Positions 7,219-7,317 of a DNA stretch of 7,317 bases are shown here, piece after piece. Position 1 is the first letter of the stretch. Every line of letters starts with the position of its first letter. The stretch comes from Octopus sinensis (lineage: Eukaryota): NCBI RefSeq assembly GCF_006345805.1, contig NW_021828907.1, forward strand, positions 1 through 7,317. Direction: 5' to 3'. Both the position numbers and the translations under genes were made by a program. The notes below the pieces were generated by a model, which made no database searches, was not told where the DNA came from, and was given only the letters and a program-made list of their open reading frames with translations.

Positions 7219-7301
7219 GGCTCTTGATATGTTCTCAGCGGGGATTTTATATTCGTTGAACTTTTTAAAAATCAAACGAAATACAAGGGATTTGGTCCAG
7301 C
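7219..7301 (-). CDS. Adhesion GPCR ectodomain exon A (start of SEA-like domain): xWTKSLVFRLIFKKFNEYKIPAENISRA
   Basis: Donor GCC|GTGAGT at 7219/7218 is phase 0, matching exon B. Proposed acceptor tcaatccatag|GC at 7302/7301 is phase 1. The frame stays open to the window end, so the 5' boundary is uncertain; tttttaaaaag|TTC at 7261 is an alternative acceptor. Confidence 0.7.
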
Positions 7302-7317
7302 CTATGGATTGATATAG

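Noticed and set aside
1-7317. CRISPR arrays, rRNA or prokaryotic promoter/terminator features
   Set aside because: No spaced direct-repeat array or rRNA-like sequence was seen, and the window is eukaryotic intron/exon DNA.

Overview
AT-rich, microsatellite-dense eukaryotic DNA, most likely Octopus or another coleoid cephalopod (inferred from the SINE families and repeat style, not verified). The main feature is a spliced minus-strand gene that the ORF track misses. Five GT-AG exons (7301-7219, 6230-6178, 4188-4034, 2591-2477, 1115-973) have matching phases and join into a stop-free frame of 182 complete codons. The peptide is a SEA-like domain followed by a hormone-receptor (HormR/HRM) domain, i.e. 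part of an adhesion GPCR ectodomain; the start, GAIN and 7TM exons were not found in the window. The introns hold several tRNA-derived SINEs of two families, a probable LINE endonuclease relic and many microsatellites. The most unusual element is a 313-bp foldback (6338-6650) with ~93-bp inverted arms and a tRNA-shaped sequence in its centre. Most listed ORFs are low-complexity or repeat artefacts.
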